Assembly: GCA_964016885.1 (NCBI GenBank)
Contig: OZ024740.1
Coordinates: 371,256,001-371,320,000, forward strand
From: Eledone cirrhosa
Taxonomy: Eukaryota
Direction of reading: 5' to 3'
DNA: 64,000 nt
Below are positions 37,424 through 51,445 of the stretch, one piece after another. Positions within the stretch are counted from its first letter, which is position 1, and each line of letters starts with the position of its first letter. Both the position numbers and the translations under genes were made by a program. The notes under the pieces were generated by a model. That model did not search any database and was not told the origin of the DNA. It worked only from the letters and a program-made list of their open reading frames with translations.

Positions 37424-38799
37424 TTATATACATATATATGTTATATGATATATTGATTTTCTCTTCCAGTAATTTTTATTTATTATAAAGCAAATGAATA
37501 CAATCTACAAGTATTTCTAAACTGTACCTATTATTTTATATCCATTTTTGATGCTGGCATAGTTGATGTAGTAAACCCCAAAAAGTTTTATTAAAATTAC
37601 ACTCTTAGAAAAGAGATCTAAATAAGATTGGACCAAGGAAGCAATGTTTTCATTGGTCTTTCCATTGATGTTTCCCACTTAACTCTGGTAAAACATATTT
37701 ATTCAAAACTGATAATTCACTTTTTTTGAGCAATCACCCTTGTTTATTGTTTACAGATTTAAACACTCCCAGAAGGAGATTTTTGTCTTCCAATTGTATT
37801 TTTAATCTCAGATAATCAATGTTTTGCAACTCATTATATGACATAGTGAAACTAATCTTTATGGAGGTCATATTCCAGCATAGCTTAAACAAGGTTTTTG
37901 ATAAAATAAATAGCTTTGTATCTTTGTTCTAAGCAGGTTGATATCAAAAGGGTTAAACAAGGCATAAACAAGGCATATGATAGTATTTTGTACATGAGGC
38001 ATATGGATAACTAAGCAAGTAAATTGCATACTGGTCCTTATTTCACTATTCCAGAGAAATGAAAGACAGAATTGATGCCACCAGCATTTGTAATTATGAT
38101 GTAGAGGGTCATTGTTGGTAGTTTTTTTTATGTCCAACATTTCCTGCTAGCATGGGTTGGATGAGATGGTTTGATACAATCCAGATGCTTTTCATGACAC
38201 CAACCCTTTTTGTCATCTTGTAGAACCCACAGTGATACTGCGTACCTATTCTAAAAACTGGGATGTACATGAGATGTTTAAACTTGATGCTATAAGATAT
38301 TTAGTTCAGTGTTTTACTGCTACTAAGATATTGATTTATCATCATCATCATTATTTAATATCTGCTTTTCCGTGTTGGCAATGGTTGGACAGGTCATTAC
38401 AGACTTAAGTCAGTATTTAATTGGAGCGACATTCCCTCTGGACTGGTCAGAGGCCTGTCTGGCTCAGATATGTTTCAGTTTTACATGTTTTCTACAGTTG
38501 GATACCCTTCCTAATACCAACAAATCATAGCTACATAATTATTAGGATAAGTTTATATTTGATTACAGACCAAGTTAGTACTTATTTGGAACTGTATTCC
38601 TTCTGGACTGTCAGAGGAATGTCTGGTTTAGATACATTTCTGTTATGTATTGAACTTGTATTGAGTGCTATCTAACAAGTACTGTGTAATTGTTTAATTA
38701 TTTAACAACAGCCAATCATATCACAATCACATGTTTCAAGCATGCTCATGTTTTTTGCCTATATATTATGGAAACCTATAAAGACCTAAAAAATAAATT

Positions 38800-41700
38800 T
38801 TCACAGGACGTGGGCAACCCCTGCCACAAACCCATCAACCGCGTCCTGTTAAAATGTTTCCCCACCCCACCCAACACCCCAACCAGCACCCAAATGGAGA
38901 TTGAACAACCCGATCTCCAGGAAACGAAAAGGTAAGTGCACCTTTCATCCTTTTTCTCCAACTTTTCTTCACCAACATGGCTAGTTTACGAGTTGGAACC
39001 GTGAATGTGTGTGGCCTAGGGATACCCTGGAAACAGGGCCAACTTTTAAACGACCTTAGGTCACACAGTATGGATGTGATAGCCATCACCGAGTCCAGGA
39101 TCCACAACAGGCAGCAACTAACCCCCATCTTCGACGACTTTGAGATCTACGCATCTCTCTGTCAGCCAGGAGGTGGAGGTGGAGTGGCTGTCATGTTTCG
39201 GAAGAACGTGGACGTCGGAGTACAGCAAGTACACTTGGATCCGGAGGATAGACTGGTAGTCCTAGACGTGAACAGTATCGGAAGTGGAGCCTTCAGACTG
39301 GTGGCCGTTTATGCCCCGACCGGGCAATCGCAATCACAGCCAGACTTCTTTAAGCATCTAGAGTCTTTTCTGGGAACGTCTCGCTCCTTACTTTTAGTGG
39401 GGGACTGGAATGGTATCCTAGATGCACGATGGGACTATGTGGGAGCATGTTCCAGTAGAGCGGGGTGCAACAGCCTCAAAACTTTAATCGGCCAATTCCA
39501 ACTGGCCGATAGGTATCGACTGGATTTCCCGACTGCACCACAATGGACGTGGGCAAACCGCAGTGGGACATCTAGATCGTATTTAGATAGGTTCTTCATT
39601 AGAGAAAGGGACAAGGAGATGTTAAGCTGTCCACGAATGCACATGGTTGCCTATTCAGATCACAAGTTAGTCGTCTGCTTAGTCAACCGTGATAGAATAT
39701 ATAGACAGGGTCCCGGATACTGGAAGCTGAACGTGTCGTTGCCGGCACGTAAAGCTTACAGTGAATGGATAAGTAGACTAGTCAAGCAACAGTTAACGGG
39801 AGCCATCGTCAACAATAGATGGTGGTACTCTCTCAAGAAAGCAATTAGAATAGAATCAATAGGGTATAACAGAGAGTTAGCCTTAGAGAAAAACAGAATA
39901 GAAAGAGAACTAGTAGCCAAGGTAGAGGAGGCACTTAGAAGTGGCAACGCGGCTAGAGTGTTAGCATCGAGAACGGCACTGGACCAGTTCTTCGATGCGA
40001 AACACGAAGGCTGCGTGGTCAGAAGCAAAACACGTGCTCTAGGAAACGAAGGAGCGAAAGCTGTCAGCTGGGCCCGAGTGGTGGAGGCAAAAAGTGGCAA
40101 CAAGTCCACGATTCAGTCTTTGAAAGACCAAAACGGATGCGTGCTACTTTACCCCAAGCAAATGTGCGCGGCCTTTCAGCGGCACTTTGCACGACTGTTT
40201 GAGCAGAACGATGGTGAGCTGAACGGGGCAATGGACTTTAGTTCATACCTCAACGGCCTGCCGCGTCTCTCGAACACAGACGCTGAGTTCTGCGAAAGAC
40301 CGATCACAGACACTGAGATACGGGACGCTCTGGGCCGCTGCGGGAAACGCAAGTCACCCGGTCTAGATGGTCTACCCTACGAATTTTACATAGGCATGCC
40401 GGACTTGTTCTCTGGCGTCCTCGAAGCCGTCTACTGCAATTGGCAGCAGAACGGGAGAATTCCCAGTTCTGCAGGCAAGGGCATAGTAACGCTGATCAGG
40501 AAAGATGAAAACAAGGGGGACGAAATTAACAACTTCAGGCCCATAACTCTGCTCAACACAGAGTTAAAGATTTTGGCCAAGGTGCTAGCGACGAGGTCGG
40601 ATGAGATGTGCAATCCCGACCAGGTCCATACACGACAACCTCCACCTCATGCGATACATCATAGAGAGGGTGGGTGGTAAACCCGGCTTCGGTGGGGCTC
40701 TGATCAACTTGGATCAGTCTAAGGCATTCGATAGGGTCGACCATCGATACTTGGAAGCGGTTCTCAAGGCGGCCGGTTTCGGTCCCGTGTTCAGAGGATG
40801 GATCGAGGCGATGCACACGAGTATCTGCTCGAGGGTCAAGGTGAGCGGCTACCTATCGGAGCCGTTCGCAATCACACGTTCCATCGACAGGGGTGCCCTC
40901 TCTCCTCCATTCTGTATGTATTGGCTCTAGAGCCACTACTGCGGAAATTGGAGCTGTTCCAGGGCAACCCTCTAACCGGGACTGCGCAAAGCGGCGTCGG
41001 CTTATGCCGACGATGTGACGGTATTGGTGTCGAGCACCTTGGAAATCGGGGTGATCGGCAACTTACTGAAAGAATACGAAACGCTGACGGGAGCAAAACT
41101 AAACCCGGACAAGTCTGTTGGTTTGCAACTCGGAACGTGGAGAGGCAAACCGATGACGTCCGACAGCGTCGTTGGACGCTGGACGGACGGACCGGTGAAA
41201 TTGCTTGGGGTCTGGTTCGGTCCAGACCTCCAGGTGGAGAAAAACTGGAACGAGGTCACGGCCAAGGTGTTTGCACTCACCCAGAAGTGGGCAGAGTGCA
41301 AACTGTCCTTGAAAGGTTGAGCGGAGGTGGCGAACACTTTCATAACGTCAGTGGAGACTCCACTTCGACATTCTATAGAGGGATTGTACGTTACAAGGGC
41401 GACGACGTGCTCGGAGAGACTCTGGGCGTCGAAGACGATGAGCTCACCAGTCTGTTTGGTAGGACTTTCCGCCCGGGACCTATGGACAACTTCCAGAGGT
41501 CCCTGGCCTGGCAGTGCTACCGAGGAGCTCTACCGGTTCGTGACAAGATCTACAGGCACGGACGCCCTGGCAGGGATCCTTCCAAGAGGACGTGTCCAAG
41601 ATGCGCGCAGGACATTGAAATAGTCCTGCACGCAATTGTACACTGCCCGGGTGTAACCGACCTGTGGAACTATGCAGAACAACTGCTGTCACGTATGGGA

Positions 41701-42255
41701 CAAATCCAGTTGACTGCCGAGTCCATAGTAAGGATCAAACCGCCAGCCTCTTTCAAAAACGAAAGAGAGGCGGTTTTCCTCTGTACGGTGGCTATGGTGA
41801 AAGAAGTTATATGGTGGACGAGATTGAGAGGACTGAGGACAGATGCCTTTCTCTCCGGACAACAATTGATTCCCTTCTTTAAGTATCACTTTAGAAGGAG
41901 AATCAGAGTGGAGAGAGAGGCACTGCACCCCAGTAAATTTACTGAAAGGTGGGTGAATGAAGCGAAAATGGCCCGAGTGATTGGGCCTTCTCTGTTTATC
42001 TGTTTATAAGCCTGTAGGTTGAAGAAGATAGCAAAAGGAAGAAAGGAGCACTTGCACAACACGCTCCTGCAGTTGAGGGTTGTTCTATTGACGGGGTATT
42101 AAACAACCCATTTGTGGCGCCTCCCCCCCTATTGGGGATTTCGATTGTTGTAATTGTTTGTTTTTATATTTTTTTTTACACGACTGTATGTAAAATCCCC
42201 GGCATGTCTTTGTATTGTCCCTTTTTCTTGTGCGCCCTTGTGGCTAATAAAGAAA
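38800..42255 (+). mobile_element. L1/Tx1-type LINE, 5'-truncated, with disrupted ORF2
   Basis: Probable ORF1 tail ends at 38935. ORF2 starts at 38977 with an endonuclease (GTVNVCGL, VYAP, GDWN, YLDRFF, SDH), then GPGYWKLN, KSPGLDGLP, FRPITLLN, LDQSKAFDRVDH, RQGCPLS, AYADD and a CCHC knuckle CPRC..HAIVHC. AATAAA lies at ~42246, followed by (TA)n. The element is much more GC-rich than its flanks. Confidence 0.92.
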
Positions 42256-42968
42256 TATATATATTATGCTTCAGCTAAACGGGGGTACACAATTCTATCC
42301 AAAAAGTTTGAAGTACAGTCTGACAATTTGAGGAGCACACAATTCTTTCTGTCGCCACAGAATTACATTCAGTGTTATTATTATTACATGCTCGCTTGTT
42401 CCTACACACATAAAGAAATAAACAAGACACAACAATTTCGTTTTTATATATTTTTTACAGTTGGATATACTTCCTAATACCGACAAAACATAGCTACCTA
42501 ATTATGGGAAAATGTTATATTTGATTCAATTGGTCACCTATCTCAATGCATAAGTGCTAAGCTACTTTTTTTAAAAATTCACCTTGCAGGGATTTGAACT
42601 CAGAATATAAATGAATGTTACTAAATAAGCATAAGTACAGCATTCCACTGTCTTTGCTGCTACACTATCTTAATAACATCAACAAAAATATTGATTTCCC
42701 AACCGAAAAAATTAGCATACAATCAAATTTGCAAGGTGAATAATTTAACCCCAGTTCATGACAGGTATTTATTTTATATAACCTTGTTGACATGTTGGCA
42801 TTTGAATTCATAGTGTAGAGGGTAAGTGTTAAATACCAAGAAATTATTTAGTCTGCAACTTTACAGTTTCTGTCACTCTTTTCATTGACATAAAAAAATT
42901 CACATTTTCTTTTTAATCATCAGCTTCGATATCAATTTCTCTTTGTTTCACTCTTTATTCCATTCCCT

Positions 42969-43004
<36 letters not shown>

Positions 43005-43257
43005 ATATACACATACACTAGTGGGAATCAAAAGAAAAAGTATTGAGTTATGAAAATAGAGTTTAGGTAAATTAATTTGATTAGCTGAAATCAAACTGAT
43101 TGAAAGTGTATAAAATATACGATGTAGAGTTTGTTCATATATCTATTTAAACTGAGGATTTAGCTACCATTCAAATTTCCTGCTCTGTGATCTTTCAGTA
43201 GCTAAAAAGATCACAGAGTGTAAAACTCAAGTAGTGGTCAAACCCTCTATAGTGTGG

Positions 43258-43343
<86 letters not shown>

Positions 43344-43464
43344 TCATCATCATTTAACGTCCATCTTCCACGCTAATATATATATATAATTCTGATGATG
43401 TTATTCGTATCACTTTTTCAAATATATTTTACTGTACTAAGGATTATTTTCATTTTTTACTCAC

Positions 43465-43468
43465 TCTT

Positions 43469-43516
<48 letters not shown>

Positions 43517-43539
43517 TCTCTCTCTCTCCCTCTCTCTCC

Positions 43540-43580
<41 letters not shown>
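43465..43580. repeat. (CT)n microsatellite
   Basis: Seen directly. Confidence 0.95.
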
Positions 43581-43597
<17 letters not shown>

Positions 43598-43649
43598 CAT
43601 TGTCATTGTTTAATATCCATGTATATATATATATATATATGTACATCTT

Positions 43650-44545
43650 CACCCACTTATTCCTTGGAGGGTCGTAGGCCAGAATTCTTAAGTACACGTT
43701 CCTGTTGGTGTTGTCAAAAGCAACTCTCTCCAATTAATCTGGCTGGATGCCCAAATGAGATCAGTCAATCTCATGGATGTTATCCAACCATCTTGCTCAT
43801 GGTCAAGCACTGGTTCTACTACCAGTTGGTTTCACCAATAAAATCTGTCCAGCAATTCTTTCTTGAGATATTCTAACCACATGTTAGAGTTGTGATCTCT
43901 TAATTCAGAGAAGTAGCAGCTCTACCTGGAGAGACACCCTGATCTCCTAGCTACGCACTCTATTGAGTAACGTTACTCCAAAAACTCTTCGGAGGAACCC
44001 AATTTTGGCTAGTTTTATTCGCGTTCATATTCTTTCAGTCATTATCCAAGATTCATGACCATAGGTAAAGGTTGGCACGAATACCAAATTGAAGATGGTG
44101 AGTTTGGCTTTTACACCTACCTTCCTTCTTCTGATGACCAAATGTTCAAGCTGGCACATTTTTGCACCAGCTCCTGCAATTCTTGTACATATTTCAACCT
44201 CCTGCCTTCCATCACTCATGAACACGGCCCCGAGATACTTGAACTTCTCCACCTTTTTCAGTGGAACCCCACTGACTTGTAGAGTGCACTCTGCAGGTTT
44301 CCTTGAGAGGATAAGTGTTTCAGTTTTCGCAGCACTGATTTTTATTCCTGCCATGCAGCACTCAGCAGCAAACCTATCAAGTGCATGTTGGAGATCACCT
44401 TCTGATGAGCTAAGTAGTACTATGCCATCTGCAAGTTCCAGTTAGCCGATCCTACACCTGCCAGTCATGGTACCACTTCTAACCTGGCTGTGCATGTCAA
44501 TCCTGTCCATGAAGATCATGAAGATTGTGGACAGGAGAGGTGATA
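43650..44545 (-). mobile_element. RTE (Expander/Rex3-like) RT 3' fragment
   Basis: GIKISAAKTETLILSRK..VEKFKYLGAVF.SDGRQE.EI..RI..FVPTFTYGHESWIMTER resembles Rex3/Expander-type RTEs. Confidence 0.8.
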
Positions 44546-45065
44546 GCATGCATCCTTGATGATTCTTCTTCAGAGGTGTTTAACATCTGCAACAGTGTGA
44601 AGCACAGCTGTGTGCTTGCCTCCACCCTGTTTGGGAATTCAGCTTGACCATTAGTCTGAAGAAGACCAATGTACTAGGCCAATGTGTCAAGCATCCCCTA
44701 CCATTACCATCAACAATTATGAGCTGGAGGATGACCTCACCTTCGTTTTAAAGATGTCTGAAAGAGAGATATGAAGTCTATAGAACTGGATAACCAGAGA
44801 TGGGAGGAGGTTGCTAATGATTGCCCATAGTGGGGATGGAATGAGGGAAAGAAAAACTGAAACTTGCTACTGAAGAAAAGCATACTCAAAGGAAGGACAA
44901 CACAGTAGCACCCGAGGAGAGTATTTTCAAATGCAGTCACTGCATACAAGACTGCCACTCCTGTGTGGGCCTGTACAGAAACAGCAGATGCTGCACTGCC
45001 ATCAGCAGATGACACAAAATTCTCCAGGGACAGATCCATGATCTTTCAAGATCGACAGATTCCAC
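44546..45065 (+). mobile_element. Internally deleted RTE (BovB/AviRTE-like) remnant
   Basis: Joined pieces VKHSCVLA (cf. VKQGCVLAP), LTISLKKTNVLGQ..ITINNYELE, RDMKS and a terminal FKCSHC..DCHS.VGLY zinc-finger-like motif. Confidence 0.65.
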
Positions 45066-48000
45066 TTCAATATATATATATATCAAGCAAGCAAGCAAGT
45101 TAACATATTGCATAGGTGCTCAATATTTTTTTGGGGTCTTGTTCTTCAGCTCTTTCTTATCTCCACATGATATATAAATCTCTCCCTATGGAGATAAAGC
45201 ACAGGATCTGAAGAGTGAGACCATGAAACCAATGTTAGTCCATATAATATTTTAACTCTTTTTTGCTTTATAAATACAAATGTATAACTTTACATTTCAA
45301 TTGAGTGCTATATATTTTAAAAATGTTTTATATTATTTATTAAGCTTATTATGATGTATTTATATGACTAACTATGTGAGGAGAGAAACAAGGATTTTGT
45401 TTTTGTATGGGTTAAATAACTTTAAATAATATGTAGAAAAATGGATGTTAAATGATGATGATACACACACAGTAAGAAGGTGGTTGAAAAGTTTATTTTA
45501 TTTATTCACTTTTTGTTCGTCATATTCTGTGCAAACAAAGTTAAGGGAATGACTGAGATGATGTGTTTTTACTTTCCTGAAAAGTAATACTGAACAAATA
45601 AATGATCTTTGACTTGTCACTGAAAATGTAGGGCCTGGTTGTCCTCTTACCAATAATTTCTGCTTAAGCTGTATTGGAAATAGTTGCTTATTTAATTGCA
45701 GTTGAGTGGTTCGTTGGTAACTTGGTGTGGTTAGTTAGTTCATTATTTGTTAATGGTGCACCACTGGCTGGTTTGCTAGCTGGCTGCTGGTCGGCTGGTT
45801 GGTTGGTTATTTTATCGCCTGTCTCTTGTAGTACTATAATTGGTGTCTTGGCTATTGATTTTTTTTTGGTTCTTCTGCTTTCTTCTAACTAGCCTCTTAG
45901 ATTCTGTTGGGAATATTCTGTCTAGCTCTTGCACTTCACTGGCCATAGTTGTTGTTGCAGCTGCTACTGTTGTTGGTGCTGGTTTTCTTGTAGTGTTGGT
46001 GGTGGTGTGATAATTGTCTTCTTTGGTACTATGTCTGTTGTTGTTTTTGTGTGTTTGACTGTGCTGCTTTATAGTAATTGGTGTTTAGTAGTAATGGTTC
46101 TTCTGTGTTGCCATTGTTATTGTTTTTGTTGTATATTCTTCACTGGTACTGTCCCTGTTGTATGTCCTTATTTGGTAATGTGTAATTTTGCACTAGTTGT
46201 TGTTGCTGTGGTGGTGATGGTGTTGTTTGATTTCCTGGTACTATTGTGGTTGTTTTCTAGTATTGATGCTGCTATAGCAGCTGCTGCTGTTATGTATATT
46301 TTCATTAGTATTATTGTTGTATATTCTTTTCTTGTATTATTGTTGTGTATGTCTCTCTGGTGTTGCTATTATTACTGTGATTTAGAGCTTCAGACAAAAT
46401 GCTTTGCAGTATTTGTTCCAGCTTTTACCTTCTAAGTTCAAATCCCACTGAGGTCAACTTTACCTTTCATTATCCTTCTGGGATTGCTAAAATAAAATAC
46501 CAGTAAAGAACTGAAGTTGGTTTATTTGCCTTCCATCTCCCCCAAATTGCCAGACTTGTGCCTGAATTACAAACCATTATTATTGTTTAATCCCAAGTCT
46601 GTGATGGAGAAGACCATTGTTGAAAGGAATTCAAGCCATGAACATCCCATCTTATTTTCAGTCCCAGTGTAGTTTGGACAACATTATCCAAAGTGCGTTT
46701 TAAAAAAGATGTTTTGGTGTGGTATGAGGGAGATTTAGCTGCTATTTTTAGCAGGTTGAGCAACAATGTAGAGTCGCTGTTCTTTAGTCACAAGTATATG
46801 CTCAAAAACAAGCTACAGAATGGAAACTATGGTACAGAATGTAAACCAGTGTACATACTGGAAACAAGGGTACACACTAAGACGACTAAGGCTACACACA
46901 ACTATATATATTCTATATAGTTTATTACTGTAGTTGATTGGTTTGCAGTATTGATTTTAACGCTTTCATTACCATATTTCTAATAAAAAGATACTGTATA
47001 TCATTTTTTAATCATTTTGAAAATTAAGAATTTGAAGGGATTTAATGATATGTTCTTATTATTCTCAAAATAACTCAATAAAGGTTTTTATCTAAATATA
47101 AACACTTTAAAGCAAAGTTTTGTATTATAGAACTGGGGATGGTTTCCAATGGCTTGTATCAATAGGGTTAAAAGGGTTAATTCATCTTACAGGTAAAAAG
47201 TTTCTCTTTGATAGTCCTCTTCTTATCCAGGGTAAGGTATATCTATCATCTATTCAACTCTATTGTAGCAAGAACTGAGTGTCACTCCTATTGATCTTGA
47301 TCAAGAAAGTCTTAGCTTTTCAGATACTATATATGTTGGCAGCAGAATTATAATATTTTTGTGTGAGATCTTCTGTTTGATGTTTTTACTCAAGAGAATT
47401 AGTGATATAAATCGAGTGTATGTTGTGACTGTCAGCTTTTGAAACTGAACTGAAAGTTTAACTTACTAGGTTCTGATATCTTTCTTTACAGTGTCCGTCA
47501 TGCTTATCTGTAGCGCTTATGATAGTTGAGTGGAGGACATATTGGACTACTTACTCATAGATCATGAGTTCAAACCTGCTGTTAGTTATATTTCTGGGTA
47601 GAACACTTTATATATTCTACATTGCTCTTGTTTGTCTAGCTGTTGGAGAATTGCTGATATCTATAGAGTTCATCTAGGAATGTTGAATATCAATCCAGAG
47701 TTCATTAGTCATCTTGGTCTAGTTTGCCATTAGCTCTGGCCTATGAAATTCTGATTATAGACATGTGATGGCAGATATGTGTGGAACAGCCCATTATAGT
47801 TAAATTCATCAGACACAATCTATCCATTGCCAAGTAGACATATTCCTTGGTAATAAGGGATCATTACACCATTTTTATTTGGCATTCAGAGCATAGATAT
47901 GTTACCTGACAACTAACTGAGAGATTGTCATTTCATATTCAGTCACAGGTGTTGCATTTATCCATGGGTAAATAACTTAGTTCTCAGTTTCCTAACTCCA

Positions 48001-50139
48001 CTTGACTCATAAGTTGTTTAGCCTCAGGTGAATCTAATATCCCAGCTGTGAATCCAATCCCACCACCTCTGCCACACAATATCAGAAATGCAGTGAGCCA
48101 ATAATTGGCTCATAGGAAACATGTAACCAATTATTTTTTGTATATCATCATCAACATCATCATTACCATCATCATCATACTCATCATTTTTATGTTGACT
48201 TTTCCATGTGGGCATGAATTAGACTGGACTTTTCGAGGCAATGTTTTACAGCTTGATACTGTTCCTGATACTAGCCCTTCTAGTCATGTTTTATGACAAA
48301 CAGAGATATGGTGAACCTATTCTAAACTGGATACACAAGGTATGAATACACATGGTATATATCTAGGACTATATTATTTAATGTGTCTATACTTTTTTGA
48401 GACAGTGGTGTGCCTAATCTCCAATTCTTGTGGAATCTTTCCAATTTATCTCTTCGTCTGGTTTCTTGTCATCCTCTCTTTCCTTTGTGGTCTTTCCAAA
48501 TACAGTCTGTCAGCTTTTTCATCCAACTTTATTTGAAGGGTTTTATGAACTGAATAATGCTATTATGTTTTGTGTGTTTGGGGATTCATTTTGTTGTTTT
48601 ATAGCCTTTTTACATTATTTCAAACATAATGCATTCATGAGCATGTTGAGCTGTTCTTAGATTAATTATTAGTTCTTTTGTCAGGTTCCATGTTTCTACA
48701 ACATAAAAGTTATTGAAATGATGCATTGGTTGTAAACTCATCTTAAAAGGCTTAGGAGCATTTTACTTATAAAAATACAACATGTTTTCCCAAAGGCTTG
48801 TCAACTGAAGATAATTTACTGTTTCTTGGATGTGTTGTTATAATTTGACTGTTTAAGATATTTTTTATGCTTTGACATCAGGAATTTCCTTTATTAGTTT
48901 GTTGAAGATTGTTATTTTTATTCTTGTCATGTTAATTCCTAGTCCTACTGTTTTGATTTTTGTATTCAGTTGTTCGAACATAGTTTGATGCTTGGTAAGA
49001 TCTCCTCATATGACACCCTTAACTTTGGATCAAAAATATGTAAGAAATTTGCCTTTGGTTTTAATTTCCATTTTGTTTTTCTCCTAGAACAGTTTTAGAA
49101 ACATGTATTTTTAAACAGGCACTGAATAGTTTATAGGAAATAGAATTTTTTTTCCTTTATGCCCATTTTGGAGGGTGGGAATTTATCAGCGTCACTGTTG
49201 GAGATGAACGATGTAGCATGATTGTAGATGTATATTAAAATATTGATGTATGCTGGCTTATGGTTGTCATCACTGCAGGTATTTCTACAAAGACACTTTT
49301 TGGTAGACGACAAAGACAGTGCTGTGTGGAGTGATATATTCTGTTGATTTTTAGTTTAGTTGTTTCATGGCATGTAAATGGACAGTGGTGGAAAAAATCA
49401 CCTCAAAATCCTACTTGTTCATGTGGCTGGTTGTCACCAATATTTTCACAATTCTGTGCATGGTGATCTTTATAAATAGCTTATAAACTGATAGTTTCTT
49501 AGGTATTTTCTGCCCTGCCTTTTATTCAGTAGGATGAATGATTATTGCATTATGCCAACTTGTGGGAGATTTTGATTTGCTGAAGGCAAGCAGTGCAGAG
49601 TTTGACAATATAGCTTCTCCAGTATATTTTAAGACATTGGGTTGACTAGTTCTAGAGCTTTACTTCTGTTTAATGGTTTGATTGTGTGTTCCACTTCATA
49701 TGGGGGAATGGGAGTCATTGGACAGAATAACTTCTGGTATTTGTTCCTTCTCTCTGCACCCAGAGTTAAAATTCTACTGAAATTAACTTTATCTTTTATG
49801 CATGTGGGATTGAGACTGCTTATACAGATGTGATGTTTGTTTATGTCCCGTGGCTCAGCAGCTTGACATGCAAAGATCATTAGCATCCAACCATAGGATA
49901 TTTTCTGAAAAGTCTAAGCCAACCCATGCTAGCATGAAAAATCAGACCTAAAATGATTATAATGATGATAATGATTATGTGCATGTGTATAATACATGTA
50001 CATAATAAACGGAAATAGATATTTGTTGATTTTAACAAGGAGTATTCCATTTGTTCAATCAACTGTACTGCTTACTTTTTGAATTATATTGTAAGTCACT
50101 GAGTATTCCACAGACACTTGTATCTTTAATGCATCGTTG

Positions 50140-50645
50140 ATACTCATATATAAGCCGAGAAATATGTCACCAAAAATTTGATGGTAAAATGGAAGGATGG
50201 GGGTTCCCCCTTATATTTGAGGTCAATATTTTTCTGATTTTCACCAACTTCAAATTATATGTAAATGAGGTGCTAAAATAATTTTGCTTTGAAGGTGAAT
50301 ATTACAATGGTTTCACTTTGGAGGTGAATATTACAATGGTTTCACTTTGGAGGTGAATATTACAACAGTTTCACTTTGGAGGTGAATATTACACCAGTTT
50401 CAGTATGGAAGTGAAATTTCAATTGTTTTTCATACATTTTGAAAGAGTATGGCTTTCAAAACAGTCAGAAATTGGTAAAAAAATCATTACATATTAAAAT
50501 TTGATAAATATATTCTCTACTCATGAAAATTTCAAAATTGGGCCATCCAAACATAATGTATTGATTAGATACCTTGGCTTATAAATGGGGTTTGAATTTT
50601 TGCTCATTTCTCAGACATAAAATAGAGGGTCGGTTTAGATTTAAT
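50140..50645. mobile_element. Tc2/pogo-like non-autonomous DNA element
   Basis: Left end TACTCATATATAAGCCGAG and right-end GGCTTATA..GGGTCGG motifs. Related remnants lie near 26730-26830 and 58885-59348. Confidence 0.45.
50287..50431. repeat. 29-bp minisatellite (~5 units)
   Basis: CTTTGGAGGTGAATATTACAATGGTTTCA in direct tandem with no spacers. Confidence 0.9.
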
Positions 50646-51275
50646 TACATATGGTCATTTTGAGGCAGAATCAATATGACACTAAGTGTGCAGCAAGGCT
50701 GACCTGAATTACAGGTACAGTCCATTTGGTGGGAAGTGAACTTGAGCTTATGGCAAAAGACACATGTCCAAGATGCCACTGGTATAATCACACTTGAACC
50801 CTCATGATTTCTAAGTGAACATTTAAAAAACCCAGCCATGCCTGGATCCTATATATGTATATAACACATACTCTCAAATGTGCGCACACACACAGATGTG
50901 TGTGTGTAATTATATAAAATATATATATATGTGTATATGTGTGTGAGTATGTATATGTGAAGGCTGGAAAGAAATGAAGCGAACATTCTCCAATGGATGT
51001 GCAATATTGTGTATGAATGATGAAGCACAAAAGAGAAAAACTATGTACAAGAGGAATCAGATGTAGTGTGCAGAGGAAATGGAAAAGGGCTGGAATGAGT
51101 GAAGGGATGCTGTGCCAATCTAACCCATGTAAAGATAGAAAAGTAGATGTAAAAAGGTGATGATGATAGAGTTTGATAGATAGATAAAGAGAGAGAGAAA
51201 TAAATAAATAAATAAATTTATATATAAATTGCTCTTACCCATGGATATTTCTACCAAACTTTTACTACAATATAT

Positions 51276-51445
51276 ATGGCTCGATAAGGATAAATATATA
51301 TCAAATATATAAGAACTGGAGAGCAAATATTTATTAAAATAACAGATTAAAGTTTAAGCAAAGAATCGCTGTTTCAGAAGATCCCGTTAAGGGTGAAAGC
51401 AGTGATTCTTTGCTTAAACTTTAATCTGTTATTTTAATAAATATA
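51276..51445 (+). mobile_element. Short element with a ~45-bp foldback and a hammerhead-like loop
   Basis: Long inverted arms surround TTTCAGAAGATCCCGTTAAGGGTGAAAG. A non-foldback copy lies at 57268-57361 plus 57841-57880(-). Confidence 0.6.

Noticed and set aside
40798-41350. N-terminal half of the 403-aa ORF as a novel protein
   Set aside because: It is mostly an off-frame reading of the L1/Tx1 RT, apart from a short in-frame RQGCPLS stretch. Only the C-terminal CCHC part is the true frame.
47200-49400. Possible second decayed R4/Dong or Penelope element
   Set aside because: Only vague motif echoes were seen on manual translation, so it is not supportable without a profile search.
50287-50431. 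CRISPR-like 29-bp repeats
   Set aside because: The units are directly adjacent with no spacers, no cas genes are present, and the context is eukaryotic.
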